Of a DNA stretch of 50,805 nucleotides, positions 46,875 to 50,805 are shown piece after piece. The stretch covers positions 1 to 50,805 of the forward strand of contig CAZJNY010000001.1 in NCBI GenBank assembly GCA_964547405.1. The letters run 5' to 3'. The DNA comes from an uncultured Flavihumibacter sp. (GTDB taxonomy: Bacteria > Bacteroidota > Bacteroidia > Chitinophagales > Chitinophagaceae). Position 1 is the first letter of the stretch. Every line of letters starts with the position of its first letter. The translations under genes were made by a program, and so were the position numbers. Below the pieces are notes generated by a model that saw only the letters and a program-made list of their open reading frames with translations, searched no databases and was not told the DNA's origin.

Positions 46875-47822
46875 ATGTACAGACTGCTGTTAATTTTCCT
46901 GTTAGGGCTTTTAAGTGCCACGGGGCTTGGGCAATCAACAAGCTATTTTCAGGAAGATTCAATCGCACTCCACCTGGACAGTATCCAGATCAAAGGAACC
47001 CTGTGTATTCCAATTCCGGAAAAACAGAAAGTGCCGATAGTACTGATTATTGCGGGCTCAGGTCCAACTGACAGAAACGGAAACGGCCCCATTGGGAATC
47101 TGAATACCAATGCATACAAACAACTGGCCCAGGAACTGGCAAAAGCAGGGATCGCCAGTTTGCGGTACGATAAAAGAGGGATCGCGCTAAGTCAACCGAC
47201 TGGCAGGATTAATATGGAAACTCTTTTTGAGGAGGAAGGTGAAGATATCCGAAGATGGATACACCTGATAAGGAAGGATAAACGATTCTCAACCCTTGTG
47301 GTAGCCGGACATAGTCAGGGAGCACTAATGGGGTTACAGGCTGCCGCTGCTGCCGATAAATTCATTTCCCTGAATGGATTGGGAGTTAAGGCCAGTCAGC
47401 TTCTTCGTGATCAGCTGGCAAGCCAGCCTCCGCTAATGAAAGAGAAAGCCTATTTGATTCTGGATAGCCTGGAAAAAGGCCTGACTGCCAGAGATGTACC
47501 TCCTTATCTTCAGGCTGTTTTCAACCCGGGATTGCAGCTATACTGGATGGATATGTTTAAAATAGATCCACCTCAATTATTATCCGGACTTCGCATACCG
47601 GTTCTGGTTATACAGGGTGATAATGATATACAGGTAAAACAGAGCGATGCTCAAACATTTGTTGCTGCTTCTCCGAAAGCCAAACTGCTTATCCTGCCGG
47701 GTATGAACCATATTTTAAAACAGGCCCCAACTGATCGTGCCGGAAATCTTCGGACTTATTCAGATCCGGCACTGCCAATTGATCCGGCACTGATAAAGGC
47801 ACTGATAACATTTATTAAGTGA
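46875..47822 (+). CDS. Secreted alpha/beta hydrolase
   Basis: AGSGPTDRNGN, RYDKRG, nucleophile GHSQG, QGDNDIQV and MNH. Confidence 0.9.
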   Translation: MYRLLLIFLLGLLSATGLGQSTSYFQEDSIALHLDSIQIKGTLCIPIPEKQKVPIVLIIAGSGPTDRNGNGPIGNLNTNAYKQLAQELAKAGIASLRYDKRGIALSQPTGRINMETLFEEEGEDIRRWIHLIRKDKRFSTLVVAGHSQGALMGLQAAAAADKFISLNGLGVKASQLLRDQLASQPPLMKEKAYLILDSLEKGLTARDVPPYLQAVFNPGLQLYWMDMFKIDPPQLLSGLRIPVLVIQGDNDIQVKQSDAQTFVAASPKAKLLILPGMNHILKQAPTDRAGNLRTYSDPALPIDPALIKALITFIK

Positions 47823-47823
47823 G

Positions 47824-48099
47824 CTAATAAACCGATGCAACAGAGGGTTTTCTGAATAATTTTGGAGGGGTGTTTTTTCTTAATCCAATCCTGGAAAACT
47901 GATGAAAAACCCAACCCGTTTGAGATTCGGGTACTGGCACAACGTACTCCGTTAATTTCTGATATAAATAAGAAGGATCATAAGTAGAGGGATTCGCCAA
48001 TGTAAAAAAAAGATCTATCACCGCAGCTGTAAGTTCAGATGGTGCTTCCAACTTGTAATCGTCCAAATTCTTAATAAATTGTTCCTTTGTTTCCATCAT
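47824..48099 (-). CDS. Small hypothetical protein, candidate soluble anti-sigma factor
   Basis: 91 aa, overlapping the 3' end of the ECF sigma gene by 29 bp. Carries two copies of an L..Y....P motif and no TM helix. Confidence 0.55.
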   Translation of the reverse strand: MMETKEQFIKNLDDYKLEAPSELTAAVIDLFFTLANPSTYDPSYLYQKLTEYVVPVPESQTGWVFHQFSRIGLRKNTPPKLFRKPSVASVY

Positions 48100-48634
48100 C
48101 CGCCTGAATCATTTTTTTCATTAGTTGTCTGGCTCTGAACAATTGCGACCTGCTTCCCTCTTCCGTAATGGAGAGCATTTCAGCAATTTCAGCATGACTG
48201 TATCCTTCAATCAGCGCTAAGTTAATTATTGTCCGAGCAAAATCAGGCAACTGTTGAATTACTTTGAATAAATCATCTAAAGAAAGTTTATCATACACTG
48301 AATCATTGATGGCAATATTTAATTCTGTATCAATAGGAATCAGTGGTACAATTTTCTTTTTTAACTGATCAATGCATACGCCAATAAAAACTTTTCTGGC
48401 CCATCCTTCAAATGATCCATCGCCCCGAAAATTTGGGAGATTACTAATCAACTTGAAGAAACCATCCTGATACCAGTCATTCGCATCAGCTCTGTTTCCC
48501 GCATAACGTATACAGATCGCATACATTTTAGAGGAAATAGATTCATAAATTTCACGAAATGCTTCTTCATTGCCACCTGCTGCCGCCCTAACCAAATAAT
48601 TAAAGTCAGGCTTGTTATTTTCATTTTTCTCCAT
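48071..48634 (-). CDS. ECF RNA polymerase sigma factor
   Basis: KMYAICIRYA, DAND.YQDGF.K, F.GDGSFEGW.RK and LP...R.I.NL..IEGYSHAEIAEML.I.E..SRSQL.RAR. Confidence 0.92.
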   Translation of the reverse strand: MEKNENNKPDFNYLVRAAAGGNEEAFREIYESISSKMYAICIRYAGNRADANDWYQDGFFKLISNLPNFRGDGSFEGWARKVFIGVCIDQLKKKIVPLIPIDTELNIAINDSVYDKLSLDDLFKVIQQLPDFARTIINLALIEGYSHAEIAEMLSITEEGSRSQLFRARQLMKKMIQADDGNKGTIY

Positions 48635-48921
48635 TCAAGGAATCGCTATTTGTTTAAAGGACGAACATTAATTAAACTTACTCTTCCAATTACCGGCCTT
48701 TACAATAGGATCTTGTTGCTTTTAAAAATGGGTGCAAAGGTGAAGCCAATCTCAAAAAGAAAAAAATGAATTATGTAAAACGAACACAGTAAAAGAATCG
48801 TCCGTATTCAGATTGTTATAAAAAAAACAGAATTCATAAAACGAACCCACCTTAGATCTCGTCTATATAATATGGTTAACGGTTCTTCAAAATATATGGA
48901 ATTATTGTACCCTTTTAAGCA

Positions 48922-49188
48922 ATGATGACAGAAAGCAGACCGCAACAACTCCAATTGCCACAAAAGGATTTCTTAAGCTACCTTGAATTGTTTGAAGAAC
49001 ATCAGGATAGCTTATTGATTTATTCCTTTATGATTTTAAGGGATGTTCCGAAAGCAAGGGCTGCTGTTCGTCAGGCATTTAACAATCTTTGGAATAATCC
49101 TGAGAAATGGAACGAGCAATTATCCGTCTATAAAAACATTTTTTTTGAAGTAAAACAGGAGGTTTATTTTTTAAAAACCGCCAAATAA
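48922..49188 (+). CDS. Small protein resembling an isolated ECF sigma region 2 (no region 4)
   Basis: YLELFEEHQDSLLIYSFMILRDVPKARAAVRQAFNNLW follows the sigma2 pattern F..LF..Y...L..YA..IL.D...AEDxVQE.F..LW. The ORF ends at 88 aa. Confidence 0.55.
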   Translation: MMTESRPQQLQLPQKDFLSYLELFEEHQDSLLIYSFMILRDVPKARAAVRQAFNNLWNNPEKWNEQLSVYKNIFFEVKQEVYFLKTAK

Positions 49189-49224
49189 AGGCAACAGCTT
49201 TTCAAAAAAATTTATTCGGAAATT

Positions 49225-50805
49225 TTATTGCAGCCGGTAAATTTCCACAGATCCACCCTTCTCTGAGTCAATTGTCAGCCAGCCTTCCTGGGTAAGTGCT
49301 GCTTTGCAGGATTTTTGTTGTCTGATCCCCCAGTTTCCCGCCCCAAGCCAAACCTTTGTTTTGCCCCCTTTTTCGGATCGAATAATTGTTTTTTCAAGGT
49401 GGCCTCCAGCATATTTTGCATCCACCAGAAATGCTCCCTGTGTTCGGAAATTAGTAAAACTACAGCTTGTCCAATCGCCAGGAATGGCAGGAAACAGATG
49501 AATATATCCCGCATGACTCTGCAGTAACATCTCCTGTAACCCGGATGCATACGCGAAATTACCTTCCAGCGTAAAGGGCCGGTATCGGAAACTTGAATAT
49601 CCTTTTCCTGTCTGGTCGCCATTTAAATGAAAACTGTTCACCGAACAAAAAGCTTTGGCGAAAATTTCCAGGGCAGTTCTGGCTCCTTCCCCATCCCGGG
49701 CCCAGGCTTTTAGATTAGCCAGCCAGGCATAGGAATAACCACACCATTGCGAAGGTCCAACCCGGTCCAGTTCGGCAATCGTTTCCCGGATGATGGTTTG
49801 CGCGCGCTCACCGTCCTCCCATTTAATCAGTCCCAGGGGCTGAATGGCCATTAAATGCGAAAAATGCCGGTGACTCTGATTATAGGGCAGGGTTCGCGCA
49901 AACATTAAGGAGTTATTGGTGCTGAGGGCATAGTCCGGAAAACTGGCACTCAATCCGGTCCATTCCGCCGCTTCCTCCTTTAGGCCAAGTTCATTCGCCA
50001 TTTCAGCAGCTGTCTGTGCCGCATACTTCATCAGCGCCAGGTCATAATTGGATGTCTGCCGAAACCAGGCCGACAGGGAATTGTCATTTATTTCCGGACT
50101 TGAACTGATGGGCAGCTGCCGCTCGCCCTGTTCATTCAGCACAGTAATTTTCTGTATGAACCGGGCTACTCCTTTAAGCCAGGGATAAGCCCTGGTACGC
50201 AGGAATTCCGAATCCATGGAATACTTCCATTGCAGATAATAATGCTGGGCCAGCCAGGCACTAACAGTGGGGGATAAGCTATATTGGATCCATCCTCCCA
50301 TTTCTGTTCCATCCAGCGTGGTTACTCCTGGCACTGCCAAACCGTCCACACCAAAATAGAGGCGGGTATATCGCTCGTAGTTGGATTTGTTCTCATCCAG
50401 GTGATTCAGGTAGCCCATCGCTTCCTGCAGGTGGTTGGCCGTATAGGAAGGCCAGTAGCTTAACTGCGTGTTGAGGTCATGGTGATAATCCCCTTTCCAT
50501 GGTGGAATGCGGCCATTGTCTGCCGTCCATACTGCCTGGAGTGAGATAGGCGGCGTGTTTTCCCGGGCCGCCGATCCGAATTTGTACTGCTCCAGGTACC
50601 ATTGTTTTTCAATAACAGGATCAGGTACCCGAAGTGATGATTTTGACCAATAGGTTTTCCACCAGTCCAGGTGTGTTCGCAGCGATTTGGCATATCCGGC
50701 CTCCTGCAACGAATCAGCCTGCCCTTGCGGAGATTTCTCCTTGTCAGGTATTGTATTCCTGCCGCTTTTATCCGGTGGAAAAGATTCGATGGTCCATACA
50801 GCTTC
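49225..50805 (-). CDS. GH95-like alpha-L-fucosidase/galactosidase, C-terminal part (5' end outside the window)
   Basis: LQAVW, PPWKGDYHHDLNTQLSYWP, SSPE, HRHFSHL, TLEGNF, EMLLQSH and FPAIP..W. The frame is open to the window edge at 50805. Confidence 0.88.
   Translation of the reverse strand, partial: EAVWTIESFPPDKSGRNTIPDKEKSPQGQADSLQEAGYAKSLRTHLDWWKTYWSKSSLRVPDPVIEKQWYLEQYKFGSAARENTPPISLQAVWTADNGRIPPWKGDYHHDLNTQLSYWPSYTANHLQEAMGYLNHLDENKSNYERYTRLYFGVDGLAVPGVTTLDGTEMGGWIQYSLSPTVSAWLAQHYYLQWKYSMDSEFLRTRAYPWLKGVARFIQKITVLNEQGERQLPISSSPEINDNSLSAWFRQTSNYDLALMKYAAQTAAEMANELGLKEEAAEWTGLSASFPDYALSTNNSLMFARTLPYNQSHRHFSHLMAIQPLGLIKWEDGERAQTIIRETIAELDRVGPSQWCGYSYAWLANLKAWARDGEGARTALEIFAKAFCSVNSFHLNGDQTGKGYSSFRYRPFTLEGNFAYASGLQEMLLQSHAGYIHLFPAIPGDWTSCSFTNFRTQGAFLVDAKYAGGHLEKTIIRSEKGGKTKVWLGAGNWGIRQQKSCKAALTQEGWLTIDSEKGGSVEIYRLQ

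Noticed and set aside
47824-49188. AT-rich block as a mobile element
   Set aside because: No transposase, integrase, terminal inverted repeats or tRNA anchor is visible.
1792-50693. Numerous 60-250 aa ORFs nested in or antisense to the called genes
   Set aside because: No recognisable motifs. They are explained as shadow frames of well-supported CDSs.

Overview
Gene-dense Bacteroidota chromosome segment (Chitinophagaceae-like by inference from SusC/D pairs, ECF/FecR pairs and a T9SS cargo). It is dominated by two polysaccharide utilization loci. (1) 1-24.5 kb is a putative AgaR-controlled N-acetylgalactosamine/galactosamine locus. It has agaR divergent from an operon of agaS, PfkB kinase, class II aldolase, amidohydrolase, CBM9-like protein, Tat Gfo/Idh/MocA, DUF1080, M20 and a BioF-like enzyme. 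A convergent arm encodes GH20, GH109, a sulfatase, SusC, SusD, a PIG-L deacetylase and a second sulfatase that is frameshifted in an A7 run. Two uncharacterised lyase-like proteins follow. (2) 30.7-45.1 kb is an arabinogalactan-protein/gum-arabic-type PUL: PL42/GH145, GH105, a DUF2264(GH154)-GH16 fusion, ECF sigma, FecR, SusC, SusD, a double GH43 and an orphan HTCS-type AraC domain. A lipoprotein and a 1748-aa IPT/FG-GAP T9SS protein lie between the loci. The right end carries an M19-like metallohydrolase, an alpha/beta hydrolase, an AT-rich trio (ECF sigma, small putative anti-sigma, sigma2-only protein) and a truncated GH95. No rRNA, tRNA, CRISPR array or mobile element was seen. All family calls come from motif recognition, not database searches.
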